A stretch of 64,000 nucleotides of DNA from positions 1,329 through 65,328 of the IMG/VR virus record IMGVR_UViG_3300013426_000035. One strand, given 5' to 3'. Source of the stretch: a virus (taxonomy: Duplodnaviria; Caudoviricetes). This document shows positions 37,931 to 47,749 of the stretch, one piece after another. The notes beneath the pieces are model-generated. The model was not told the origin of the DNA and did not search any database. It worked only from the letters and a program-made list of their open reading frames with translations. Both the position numbers and the translations under genes were made by a program. Numbering within the stretch: the stretch's first letter is position 1; every line of letters begins with the position of its first letter.

Positions 37931-40900
37931 ATGTCGGTTACGTTGATATACGTTGATGTTAACACGGGGGATTGCTACAGCGAGAGCGGCGGGCAGTTTG
38001 TGAACAGCAATCGCCTTGTCAGTTACCTTGATTCGCACGAAACCTACGAACTGCACTACGTGACGAACGGGGGAGCGGCTGGCGAGCCTGACACGTGGGA
38101 TAAGTACACGGGATTTGCGGGAAGCTCGGTTGCGTCCCTGTTTGGCATTGACAATAACGTAATCCATCAGTTTGAGGCTAAGCTTGCGGCGAATGGCGCG
38201 ATTGCAAAGGGTGACAGCGTAACGAGTATTACAGCCACCCTTGCGGCTGAAGAAATGCTTGTCCCGAAAACGGGCTTTCTGCTCCTCCGGAATGGCGCGG
38301 GAGAAGAACAAACTTTTGCGTATACAGCACGCACGAAAGGCACTGGAACTTACACCTTTACGATTACAGCGACGGCGGCAACTTACGCATTCGCGGCAGG
38401 TGATACGGTTGGCGTGCCTGAAGCCCTGATGGTCAAGGCAGAGGGAGTGTACGACGAAGAGGATAACGCGCTGAACTGGGTCGATGATACGCGCAAGGAT
38501 GAGGGTATTTTTACTGTCCATTTTTGGATGATGAGCGACAAGGTAATGTCCTTTTTCGACTTTGAGACAACGGAGGAAATGGACGTTCGTTTTGAGCACG
38601 CGATTGCCATTTCCGGCGAGGTTGTCAAGCGAGTCCAGCAGGAAATGTACATCAAAAAACCTCTGCTGTTTAAAAATCCCTCTGCAAGCGTGCCTAACGT
38701 CAACGCGCAGGGAATCGCAAGTCAATCGTGGGTGCTGTCACTTTTGCGCGATACCACAGAGGTTGAATACTCTGTCAATGGCACATCAGGCTGGCACGCG
38801 GAAGCCACGGAAGACGATGAGTATTACCATGAGCGCCCTAAAACGCTTGGCGGCGAGTGGGGAGCGGCGAAAAAGAGGTATCGCGGCGCTGCTGGACAGA
38901 TTAAAAGCGTGACTGCTGTCACAGGCGAGGCGGGGACGGAAGCGAGCGTTGAAAACACCGGAAGCAGTTCTGAAGCTGAACTGAAATTCACGATTCCGAA
39001 GGGCGCGAAAGGCGATACAGGCGCGGCGGCGGGATTCGGAACTCCGACTGCGACGGCGACGGCGGGAGCGGCTGGGGGAAATCCTTCGGTTGAAGTGACG
39101 GCAAGTGGGGACAATACGTCAAAAATTTTCAACTTTGCTTTTGGAATTCCGGCTGGACCTCAGGGGACGGCGGCAGGGTTCGGAACTCCTACTGCCACGG
39201 TGGAAACTCTTGACGCTGAAAGCGACGCGGAAGTTGCGATTGCGGCGAGTGGGGAAAACAGCGCTAAAGTGTTTGCTTTTACGTTCAAAATTCCACGCGG
39301 CAAGACTGGTTTTATGGATGAGGCGGCGGCTCTTGATACGAGCGCGGCGGGGTACGTAAAAGGCAGTATTGTGACGTTCGGAACGCCTGTTGAGACGTAT
39401 CAGGTTATTACAGCAACCACGCAGGGGGAAACTCCGGCAAACGCTCCGGCAAAATTTATCAAACTCGCAGCGGCGGGAGGCACGGGCTCAAAAGGCGAGC
39501 AGGGAAACACAGGCGCGGCGGCTGGATTTGGTACACCTACAGCCACGGCGACAGCGCTTGATTATGGCAAGGCTCCGACTGCGGCGGTCACCGCATCAGG
39601 CACGAACACGGAAAAAGTCTTTGCATTTGCTTTTGGCATACCTAAGGGCAAGGATGGAACCAACGGCACGAACGGGACAAACGGTACAAACGGCGTGACT
39701 TTTACGCCATCAGTGAGCGCGGACGGCGTGCTTACGTGGACTAACGATGGTGGCAAGCCTAACCCGTCGGCGGTGAGTATCAAAGGCGAGGCGGGAAGCG
39801 GCGTTAATCCTAAGGGAGTGTACGACGCGGCGACTACTTACGCTAAATTTGACATGGTACGTGGAAACGGCGGGCAGTGGGTCAGCAAGGTTGATAATAA
39901 CAAGGGCAACGCGCTTCCGACGCTCCCCACAGAGCAGAACGACTACTGGTATTTGGGCTCAAAAGATGGGACGAACGGAACCAATGGAACCAATGGTGCG
40001 AACGGCACTACTTACACTCCGGCGGTAAGCGCATCGGGCGACTTGTCATGGACGAACGATGGCGGCAAAAGCAACCCGGCAACGGTCAATCTCAAGGGAG
40101 CGCAGGGTGAATCGGCGTATGATGTTTGGAAAGCGCAAGACGGCAACTCCGGCAAGTCCGAACAGGCGTTTTTAGAGGATTTGCGCGGCAAGGCGTTCCG
40201 GCACTCGTTTACCTCTGCGGACGTTACATCAGGCACGCTTACAATCGCGGAAACGGGGATCCCTGTATCAATCAGCGACAATACAGGCGTGACATATCCC
40301 TTGCAGTTTGGCACGGCGACAATCGCGGCAGACGGCGGCTCTGTTGCCATTGACATGGCTTCAAACGTCGCGGCAATCGGTAAGGCTATAACTGGCACAT
40401 GGTACGTCAATTTTGCGGCTGGTGCGTCTGCTGGCAGTAGTGGCGATACGTGGCAGTATGGCATCGACTATGACACGTCAATCGCGACGGCGGCGAGTGC
40501 GTGCAAGCGGATTCAGGCTGTCAATGGGTCGATTTATACAGAGGTCTCATCCTTTTCGCAAATGCCAGCGCATAACCTGCGACGTTGCGTGATGAGCAAT
40601 CTTGCGACGCGGACAATCGCCTATTATTTGCATCCCTCAAATTCAAATTTGAAAGAGGATGGCACGGACGCGACGCTTACAGGCGCGGACGGGGATGTTA
40701 TGGTTGAGATACCTATCACGCATTGGCGCGTTGATACTTACACAGACGCAAGCGCGCATGTGCACTACAGGTACCTTGTATCTGACAAGCCGTTCCCCGG
40801 CTCCTCGATTCACCCCTTCTTCTACGTCTCTCCGGACGGCGCGACGGCACGCGTGCAGTACGTGGGAGCGTTCCGGAGCGTGCTTTGCGGCTCGGATGGT

Positions 40901-41737
40901 ACACCTACAGCAACTACAGGCTTGACGGAAGCGGCGGCTTACGCGAGCGGCAACAAGTTCCGGTCCCTGCCTCAATACAAACCACATTCGGGCGCAACTC
41001 TTGCACAATATCGCGCTGGACACGTTGCGAATGGAGGGACAAACGTAAACTGCCTGTTTGGCATGTGGGCTATGCTGATGATGGCGATTGACGCGGGCAG
41101 TTTTGATACGCAGACGCTGTCGCCCGGCTTTACCAATTTGACAGCGTTCTCGTATTCAGCACTTCGGGATACTGGGCGCACTCGGTCGTTTGGCAACGCA
41201 ACAGGGAGCTGTCTTGCTGATACAGCAGGGACGGACGCGGATATTACAACATGGTTTTCCGGTACAACTGATGACAAAAAAGTGGTCCAATGGTCATGGC
41301 GTGGGATTGAGGACCCCTTCGGGGCATTGGCATACTTTGAGGATGGTTTCCAGAAACATCCCTCCGGGTATTGGTTTACGCAGTCTACAAGCAAGTATAG
41401 CGAGTTCGACGCTATTCTCGCCGCGGGCGAAACTTCGGGTGTTTTCCCGCCCTCCGGCTACACTGGAAACGCGCTCAACTGGGTCTATCAGGTATTCCCG
41501 AATTCCGGCGGTTTTATCAAGACTTTTGACAAAAAAACCTTCTTGCCTCTAACCATAGGAGGGGCGAGTACAACTTACCTTTGCGACAGGATATACAACG
41601 ATGGCGAAACGGGCGCAAGGGTGATTTATCGAGGCGGTCAGCAGTCGGCGACAAACTCGGCGGGAATGGGTTGCGTGTACCTACTTGGCGAGCGTACAGT
41701 TGCTCTGAAATACGCTGGCGGTCGGCTTGCATGCTGA
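37931..41737 (+). CDS. tail fibre with collagen-like G-X-Y segments and C-type-lectin-like C-terminus
   Basis: PKGAKGDTG, GTNGTNGTNG, AAAGFGTPTA x3; ends RVIYRGG...GGRLAC. Confidence 0.8.
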   Translation: MSVTLIYVDVNTGDCYSESGGQFVNSNRLVSYLDSHETYELHYVTNGGAAGEPDTWDKYTGFAGSSVASLFGIDNNVIHQFEAKLAANGAIAKGDSVTSITATLAAEEMLVPKTGFLLLRNGAGEEQTFAYTARTKGTGTYTFTITATAATYAFAAGDTVGVPEALMVKAEGVYDEEDNALNWVDDTRKDEGIFTVHFWMMSDKVMSFFDFETTEEMDVRFEHAIAISGEVVKRVQQEMYIKKPLLFKNPSASVPNVNAQGIASQSWVLSLLRDTTEVEYSVNGTSGWHAEATEDDEYYHERPKTLGGEWGAAKKRYRGAAGQIKSVTAVTGEAGTEASVENTGSSSEAELKFTIPKGAKGDTGAAAGFGTPTATATAGAAGGNPSVEVTASGDNTSKIFNFAFGIPAGPQGTAAGFGTPTATVETLDAESDAEVAIAASGENSAKVFAFTFKIPRGKTGFMDEAAALDTSAAGYVKGSIVTFGTPVETYQVITATTQGETPANAPAKFIKLAAAGGTGSKGEQGNTGAAAGFGTPTATATALDYGKAPTAAVTASGTNTEKVFAFAFGIPKGKDGTNGTNGTNGTNGVTFTPSVSADGVLTWTNDGGKPNPSAVSIKGEAGSGVNPKGVYDAATTYAKFDMVRGNGGQWVSKVDNNKGNALPTLPTEQNDYWYLGSKDGTNGTNGTNGANGTTYTPAVSASGDLSWTNDGGKSNPATVNLKGAQGESAYDVWKAQDGNSGKSEQAFLEDLRGKAFRHSFTSADVTSGTLTIAETGIPVSISDNTGVTYPLQFGTATIAADGGSVAIDMASNVAAIGKAITGTWYVNFAAGASAGSSGDTWQYGIDYDTSIATAASACKRIQAVNGSIYTEVSSFSQMPAHNLRRCVMSNLATRTIAYYLHPSNSNLKEDGTDATLTGADGDVMVEIPITHWRVDTYTDASAHVHYRYLVSDKPFPGSSIHPFFYVSPDGATARVQYVGAFRSVLCGSDGTPTATTGLTEAAAYASGNKFRSLPQYKPHSGATLAQYRAGHVANGGTNVNCLFGMWAMLMMAIDAGSFDTQTLSPGFTNLTAFSYSALRDTGRTRSFGNATGSCLADTAGTDADITTWFSGTTDDKKVVQWSWRGIEDPFGALAYFEDGFQKHPSGYWFTQSTSKYSEFDAILAAGETSGVFPPSGYTGNALNWVYQVFPNSGGFIKTFDKKTFLPLTIGGASTTYLCDRIYNDGETGARVIYRGGQQSATNSAGMGCVYLLGERTVALKYAGGRLAC

Positions 41738-41777
41738 AAAAAAAGAACAACAGATAAAAAACAAGGAGTGATAAAGC

Positions 41778-42464
41778 ATGATTGAGACAATCGAGGCACT
41801 TCCGGCGGGGTTTCATCCGGAGTTTTTCCGCGAAACGGAATCTGATACAGCGCCGGAAATCCGGCGCGAGGGCATGACAGTTTATTTTCCGGCATTTGTA
41901 AGGGCTACAACGCACGAAAGCGATGAAGACGGTACAACTACTACATACCGCTATTTTGACGTTTCTGTCCCCTTTACAGGGCAGGATTTGACGGATGAAG
42001 ATGAGTTCGCATTTGCTAATTACGCGCCAATTCGCAAGTTTTTTTATGGTACGCAGGAAATGCAAGCGGAACTGCGTGACGACTTTGTGTGGGAGGCGCA
42101 CAGACAGGCAGTCCGAAGCGCGTTTCCAAAGGCGGCGGGGGCTGTAAATGAGCTTGCACAGCGATTTAAGGCAATCAAGGCGACGTTCTGGGCGGCAGTT
42201 GATGAAGTGTGCTCGAAAGTGGGCAAGACGCGCGTGGATTTGCCTGTTTCCGGCGGTTTTAACGCGGAACAGATGGTCGCTTTTGCCACTGAGAACGGCA
42301 TGAGCGCGGCGGACATTGCATCGTATACAAGCGAGTTTGCAATTATCAGCTTGAATCTACTGCAAAACAACCGGAATTGGGATGAACTCTTTGTGGACAT
42401 TCCGGATCCGGCGGCGACTGAAACAGAGACTACAAACACCACAGCAGAAAACGGGGAGGAATAA
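41778..42464 (+). CDS. probable tail fibre assembly-associated protein
   Basis: AGGAG SD; directly follows the fibre gene. Confidence 0.45.
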   Translation: MIETIEALPAGFHPEFFRETESDTAPEIRREGMTVYFPAFVRATTHESDEDGTTTTYRYFDVSVPFTGQDLTDEDEFAFANYAPIRKFFYGTQEMQAELRDDFVWEAHRQAVRSAFPKAAGAVNELAQRFKAIKATFWAAVDEVCSKVGKTRVDLPVSGGFNAEQMVAFATENGMSAADIASYTSEFAIISLNLLQNNRNWDELFVDIPDPAATETETTNTTAENGEE

Positions 42465-42469
42465 GCACT

Positions 42470-42802
42470 ATGCCTTTTACGGAAAAGTTTTACACTGACG
42501 CGGAAATGACACAAACGCCTCCGGCTGGGACGCGGGTTATTTTTCAGGGTTACTCGGACGGCACGGCGAGCGGTGACAAAGTCTTGCGCTACAAAGACGA
42601 AAATGGAGAATTCGGCACGGTTTCGGCAAGCGGTTCGGGCGGTGGAAGTACACCTGAGCAGGAAATGGCGATTACGTGGGGCGTGCTTGCGTCTGTAACA
42701 GATACTGCGACTTTTACAGGCACGGCGCAAGCGCTGAACTCGGACGGTACGCTTGGCTTGCCGGGCGCGGTGACATACGACTTTACAAAACCGGAGGCGT
42801 GA
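42470..42802 (+). CDS. hypothetical tail-region protein
   Basis: GGAGG SD; S/G-rich linker. Confidence 0.55.
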   Translation: MPFTEKFYTDAEMTQTPPAGTRVIFQGYSDGTASGDKVLRYKDENGEFGTVSASGSGGGSTPEQEMAITWGVLASVTDTATFTGTAQALNSDGTLGLPGAVTYDFTKPEA

Positions 42803-42806
42803 CGGT

Positions 42807-44372
42807 ATGAGTTATCTGTACATCAGAAAGCAGGATCCGACGGCAGGGATGAAGGGCATTATGTGCGGCGGGGTGTTTTTGCCGATTGAAGATTACGATG
42901 CGGGAGCGGCAACACCGGCGGAGCAAATACCGACAAGCGGCATGGTTTTCTATCTCCCCTGCGACAGCTCGGACTATACCACGGCGCAGACGGGGCAGTC
43001 GTTGACGAAAACCGGGACGGTGACCGCAAAGACGGTCGACGGCATACCGTGCCTTGAAATAAAGTCCGGTTCGTATCTGAGCGGCACGCTTGACGGGTTT
43101 TCCGGGGATGTATCTATGGCTATGTCTTTTTGGTTTAAGCGGCTCAACAGTAACTCAAGCGCGTATATTACAGCAGGGCGCGGCAATTACAGCCTGAGTG
43201 GAGGTGATGAAATCTGGGCAAGTGTGGAATCGGACCATATTGAGACGGCATGCGGGAGCTCCAACAGTGATGCAAGACGCGCGGGAATCCTGTATTCCGA
43301 GATTGGAACTGGCTGGCATCACGGCTATTTCAGCTATGACGCGACAAGCAAGAAGTTTAAGACAGTTCTTGACGGGAACACGGACTACGCGGCGTATTCA
43401 GCGGAGCGGTCATACAGTTTCCAGAGCGGGCTTAATTTTTGCATCAACTCGCTGGCGCGAGCCACTTATGCTATTAGAGGCAACGCGAACTATTCGCGAA
43501 TCCGCATTTTCAACCGAGCGCTTACCGACACGGAAATACAGGCGCTGGCGCGGGAATTCGTGTTTAATAAAGTACCGTCCGTGGGGCGCAAGGGAATTAT
43601 GATACCGACGGGGCAGAGCATGACCGTAGAGCATAACCCTGCAAAATCGCTGTTTATCCCTCTTCAAACAGCCAACGGAACGCCTCAAGCCGGGCAGAAA
43701 GGGATTATTGTGCGGAGCACGGCGGCGGGAGTAGGTAACCTGTTTATCGCGGTAAAAGAACCGCCCGCACTTCCGGAAGATGGGCTTGTATTTTACGCGC
43801 CGCTGGAGGAAGAGGCAAGCTCGGCAGATACTGGGCAGGCGTTGACCGTGGCGAATGGAACTCCAGTTTATACAACCTATAAAGGCGTCCCATGTGCAAA
43901 AATGGAGGCTACTAGGATTGATTTTCCAACTACCGGGTTCCCTACTACAACGTTCACTATTTCAGCGTGGTATTACAAAGTTTCGGGGAGCGGCTATCGG
44001 TCGTTTTTCGGGTGGGGATATGATTCGCCGTATAAGGCGTGTGTTTTGCAAGACCATGACGGAAAACTGGCGGTTGAACGGGCGAACGGACGAGAAGACA
44101 CGACGTTCACGCTTTCTGGCTGGGTTTGCTGTACCATGACTTACAATAATGGGACGTGCAACATTTACGCAAACGGGGAGCTTGTAAAGACATTCACAAT
44201 GACGCTTTATTTAAGCTCGACAAACAACAATGGGACCATTGGCGGCTGGATTGCTAATACATATTCCGAAGGCTCTTGCAACGCTTATATTGCCGCGTGC
44301 CGAATTTACAACCGGGCGATATCGGCATCGGAAATCACCGCCCTTGCGAACGAGTTCACACCGGAGGCATAA
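42807..44372 (+). CDS. double LamG/concanavalin-like domain protein
   Basis: Two domains ending RIFNRALTDTEIQALA and RIYNRAISASEITALA. Confidence 0.8.
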   Translation: MSYLYIRKQDPTAGMKGIMCGGVFLPIEDYDAGAATPAEQIPTSGMVFYLPCDSSDYTTAQTGQSLTKTGTVTAKTVDGIPCLEIKSGSYLSGTLDGFSGDVSMAMSFWFKRLNSNSSAYITAGRGNYSLSGGDEIWASVESDHIETACGSSNSDARRAGILYSEIGTGWHHGYFSYDATSKKFKTVLDGNTDYAAYSAERSYSFQSGLNFCINSLARATYAIRGNANYSRIRIFNRALTDTEIQALAREFVFNKVPSVGRKGIMIPTGQSMTVEHNPAKSLFIPLQTANGTPQAGQKGIIVRSTAAGVGNLFIAVKEPPALPEDGLVFYAPLEEEASSADTGQALTVANGTPVYTTYKGVPCAKMEATRIDFPTTGFPTTTFTISAWYYKVSGSGYRSFFGWGYDSPYKACVLQDHDGKLAVERANGREDTTFTLSGWVCCTMTYNNGTCNIYANGELVKTFTMTLYLSSTNNNGTIGGWIANTYSEGSCNAYIAACRIYNRAISASEITALANEFTPEA

Positions 44373-44377
44373 AAACC

Positions 44378-44770
44378 ATGAACTTTTATAAACCTATTTT
44401 GAAACTGACGGCAGAGTACGAGAAGCGAACGGACTGGCTTTTTAAGCTGGCGTGGGAATACATCCCTATCATCAAGATTACAGGCAAAGAAGGGAAGAAA
44501 CAAGCGGCATATCGAGCGGTTTCGGACGCTATAGAGCTCGCGCCGGATGACAATGTTGCGGTGCTTTTTGGCTCGTACATCCACGAGCTGTACCACGCTT
44601 ACCAGAGGCGCAAATTGACACTGCCTGTTTACCTGCTCGCGCTCGGATTGGCGCGTCCCTTGCTGGAAAAACGCGCAAAAGAAGAAGAGCTGAAAGCGGT
44701 TGAGTGGGCGGGGGTGTATCACATCGAGCAGTGGCGAAAAGACGCGGAAGAACGGCTTAAAAACCGCTAA
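44378..44770 (+). CDS. putative zinc metalloprotease (HExxH)
   Basis: SYIHELYHAYQ and downstream LLEKRA. Confidence 0.55.
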   Translation: MNFYKPILKLTAEYEKRTDWLFKLAWEYIPIIKITGKEGKKQAAYRAVSDAIELAPDDNVAVLFGSYIHELYHAYQRRKLTLPVYLLALGLARPLLEKRAKEEELKAVEWAGVYHIEQWRKDAEERLKNR

Positions 44771-44795
44771 AAACAGGGGAAGGAGAATAAGCACG

Positions 44796-45308
44796 ATGAG
44801 TGAACATTGTCACCATAACCCGAAAATCGAGGTTATCGAGCGGACGGCGCACGGGGATATTTTCCGACTGCTGAAGCCTCTTCCGTTCAATTTTAAGGGT
44901 AAGCGTTTTACCGTCCCGCGTGGTTTTTTGAGTGACGGCATGAGCGTTCCGGCGTTTTTATGGGCGATTGTATCGCCTCGTATTGACCCTAGAACGCTAT
45001 GCGGCGCGATTGCCCACGATTATATCTACAGGGAGCAACCGCAGGGCTGGACACGGAAAGACGCGGACAAGATGTTGTACGAGATTATCCGTGCAGACGG
45101 GCTAAGCTGGATACGCTCTCAACGCGTCTACTGGGGCGTTCGGATGTTCGGCGGCGTGGCATGGCGGGAGAATCGCAAGGCGATTATCAGAGAGTACCTT
45201 TACCGCTTTTTGAGCTCTAAAGAACGCGCGAGGTTGACAAGTTTTGCTACTGGTGTAAGGCGCGATGTCCACGCGGGACGGCGCAAACACACAAAGCAAA
45301 AATTTTAA
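44796..45308 (+). CDS. DUF1353 domain protein
   Basis: FTVPRGFLSDGMSVP..LW...AIAHDYIY...RKDADKML..I. Confidence 0.8.
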   Translation: MSEHCHHNPKIEVIERTAHGDIFRLLKPLPFNFKGKRFTVPRGFLSDGMSVPAFLWAIVSPRIDPRTLCGAIAHDYIYREQPQGWTRKDADKMLYEIIRADGLSWIRSQRVYWGVRMFGGVAWRENRKAIIREYLYRFLSSKERARLTSFATGVRRDVHAGRRKHTKQKF

Positions 45309-45332
45309 AGTTGAGAGACAGAGGGCGAGTTT

Positions 45333-45620
45333 ATGACACAGGAATGGGCGATTGCATTGCTCGGTATTACGCTGAGCGCGATGACTGCAATCTTGGCTTG
45401 GATGGCTGGCACGATTTCAGGCATTCGACGCGATTTGCAGAAGTTTGTGCAAAAAGAGGATTGCAACAGGGCAATGGATACACATTGCGTGGAGATTCGA
45501 ACGATTACGGAGGAAATTCGGAACGTTTGGAAGGATATCCGGAAGAACGACACGCGCATTGCACACCTCGAAAACATCACTGGCTATGTGCCTAACGCGC
45601 ACCATGTCAATCATCCTTGA
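45333..45620 (+). CDS. single-TM plus coiled-coil protein, holin/XhlA-like
   Basis: N-terminal TM helix; RIAHLE coiled coil; lysis-module position. Confidence 0.55.
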   Translation: MTQEWAIALLGITLSAMTAILAWMAGTISGIRRDLQKFVQKEDCNRAMDTHCVEIRTITEEIRNVWKDIRKNDTRIAHLENITGYVPNAHHVNHP

Positions 45621-45678
45621 GAACTAAACAAAAGTCGGCAAAACAAGATAAAAAACAGGATTTAGGGAGACTAAAAAA

Positions 45679-46023
45679 ATGAAGCTGAAAAACATCACGA
45701 AAATGGCAATTGCGGGCGCGTTTTGCGCTGTGATTCTGACAGGCTGCGAGCTCTTCAACGCGGACAAAAAAGCGGAAATCCGGGACAAGGCGCACGCGGC
45801 AATCATTGAGTTTTTGGAGACAAAGGGACAGGATAAAGCGCTTGAATACATCGACAAGCTCGTTGCGGAAGGCAAGCTCGGTGCGGCAAATGCGGAAAAA
45901 ATCAAAGCGGCAATTCCGCTCGGAATCGACAAAGTCAAAGAGGTTATGAACAGCGGCAATGCTGATTCCGGCGCGACAGACGCGGGAGCAGATACGAAAA
46001 CCACGCAGGAACAGGGCAAGTAA
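45679..46023 (+). CDS. lipoprotein
   Basis: Signal peptide with lipobox ILTG-C. Confidence 0.7.
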   Translation: MKLKNITKMAIAGAFCAVILTGCELFNADKKAEIRDKAHAAIIEFLETKGQDKALEYIDKLVAEGKLGAANAEKIKAAIPLGIDKVKEVMNSGNADSGATDAGADTKTTQEQGK

Positions 46024-46027
46024 TATC

Positions 46028-46273
46028 ATGGCACTGTACCTCAGAAAAACGCCTGTTGAGGCAATACAGGTAACACGCAAAAACGCGGACAAAGTGCGGG
46101 ATTTTGTGGGGAAACACGGGCAGTATTTCCCCTCTCAACTCGCCTTGCGTGTTGTAACTCCGGACGGGCTTACATTGGCAAGCGACGGAGAATATATCGT
46201 CAAGGATGGCGATGACTTTTTTGTTGTTCCAGCAGAACAGTTTGAGGCAAAATACAAGAAAGCGGGAGACTGA
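46028..46273 (+). CDS. phage hypothetical protein (RKxPVEAIQ...GEYIVK...FEAKY family)
   Basis: Recognised small phage family motif. Confidence 0.7.
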   Translation: MALYLRKTPVEAIQVTRKNADKVRDFVGKHGQYFPSQLALRVVTPDGLTLASDGEYIVKDGDDFFVVPAEQFEAKYKKAGD

Positions 46274-46279
46274 TAAAAC

Positions 46280-46711
46280 ATGAAGAAAAGCGGAATTGTT
46301 GCCGCCGCTGTTGCGGCTGTCGGACTGGTTGCGTTTGCGACTGGATGTTATTCAACTGTAACACATTACGACGAAAACGGAAAAGTTATCAAGGTTGAAG
46401 AAGCAACCAATTTTTCGCGCGTGATGGATGGTACAAACTCCAAAAGTCAACTTATGCTTGTCAATGGCTTTTACGCGGGATTTGAGGCAAGCGCGACTGC
46501 TGGCGAGAATTGCACTCCGGGCGTGATTACCAAGTTCGCAAATGGCAAAATTGCGGTTGTCAACATCAAAGACAAGGCGAATTTCACGGGCGCGGACGCG
46601 GTGATCAAGACGTTTTTTGCGGGAGGGGTTGAAGTCGGACCTACTGGCGTAAAAACTCAAGAAAATTCCGGAACCAGTGCAGAAAAAACAGTTGAACAGG
46701 GGAATAAGTGA
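46280..46711 (+). CDS. lipoprotein
   Basis: MKK + hydrophobic stretch + FATG-C lipobox. Confidence 0.7.
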   Translation: MKKSGIVAAAVAAVGLVAFATGCYSTVTHYDENGKVIKVEEATNFSRVMDGTNSKSQLMLVNGFYAGFEASATAGENCTPGVITKFANGKIAVVNIKDKANFTGADAVIKTFFAGGVEVGPTGVKTQENSGTSAEKTVEQGNK

Positions 46712-46717
46712 TAAACT

Positions 46718-47191
46718 ATGGCGTGTTCGGGGAACTGCTCTAAATGTCCTTTCCCGTGCGGGGGAGCGTCAAAGCTCTTTGAGCGCGCCAAAACAACAAT
46801 TACAGGCGAAAACAAAGCGTCTGAGCACGGGGATAAAACAGTCAAGGGGGGAATCAAAATGAGTGAAGCGGTCGGGGGATGCCACGCAGGGAATGAAGAG
46901 AAAATCGGTCGCCTTGATGAGCGGAACAATGCGAACGCGGAGCGCGGCAAAACGTGCCTCACGTGCTTTGTGGTTGGCGCTCTTGTAGTGGCTGGCTCTC
47001 TTTGGTACATCAATGGCAAGATTGACGCTCTCAAGGTAGAAATTGCGACTGGAATAACCAAAGTCCAGACGGAATCCAGCATCAAACTACAACACCTCGA
47101 AAAGCGTGTGGAAGAGCTGAAGCGCGAATGCGAACAGGCAAAACGCGACTACACCTCCGCGCGCGTCTATGTCTCAAGGCACAAAGAGTAA
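46718..47191 (+). CDS. membrane protein with coiled coil (spanin/holin-like?)
   Basis: One TM helix then coiled coil; Cys-rich N-terminus; alternative start at 46859. Confidence 0.5.
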   Translation: MACSGNCSKCPFPCGGASKLFERAKTTITGENKASEHGDKTVKGGIKMSEAVGGCHAGNEEKIGRLDERNNANAERGKTCLTCFVVGALVVAGSLWYINGKIDALKVEIATGITKVQTESSIKLQHLEKRVEELKRECEQAKRDYTSARVYVSRHKE

Positions 47192-47233
47192 CTGTTACAC
47201 AGCTGTTACGTAACAATAACGTAACTGTAACAC
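47188..47233. repeat. cluster of six GTAAC/GTTAC pentamers including TGTTACGTAACA palindrome
   Basis: Copies at 47188, 47194, 47205, 47210, 47221, 47227. Confidence 0.6.
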
Positions 47234-47366
47234 ATGCCTCTTGAACTCAAAAAACAGCGTTTTAGGCGCGTTCTGAAAGTCTGAAATTTCAACTTTTCAG
47301 GGCGCGCCTTTATCTTTATGCAGTCACTTCAAAAAGTCAAAAAAAAGAACAGGGAGGATTGCAAAA

Positions 47367-47720
47367 ATGGCAACGCTGAATGACGTGGCAAAAATGGTTA
47401 CAATGCTTTTTCCGGACGCGATTCCGGGGGAAGATTTTAAGCTTGAAGTCAGGGGAGACGGGGATCTGAAAGTTCCGGCGTTTTCATACTGGAACACCGC
47501 GAAACTAGGTATAAAACACTCGATTCCGGAACTCCACGAAGTCTACATGCGCTTTATTGGTGAAATCAATCGTGTAAACCCGACGGAGCCGCTCGGCGAC
47601 CCACTTCCGGAGCTGACGGAGCGACGGGAAAAAGTGTTGCGTATGAGGCAGGAACGGGCGAAATTGAGCGCGGTTCCTGAGGTTGTAGACGGCGTTGTAT
47701 TGACTAAGGTTATACGATAA
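47367..47720 (+). CDS. hypothetical protein, weakly XkdW-like
   Basis: GGGAGG SD; LFPDA.PGEDF.L...GDG...YW pattern. Confidence 0.5.
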   Translation: MATLNDVAKMVTMLFPDAIPGEDFKLEVRGDGDLKVPAFSYWNTAKLGIKHSIPELHEVYMRFIGEINRVNPTEPLGDPLPELTERREKVLRMRQERAKLSAVPEVVDGVVLTKVIR

Positions 47721-47749
47721 AAAACACTCAAACGGGGAGGGGATTTTTT

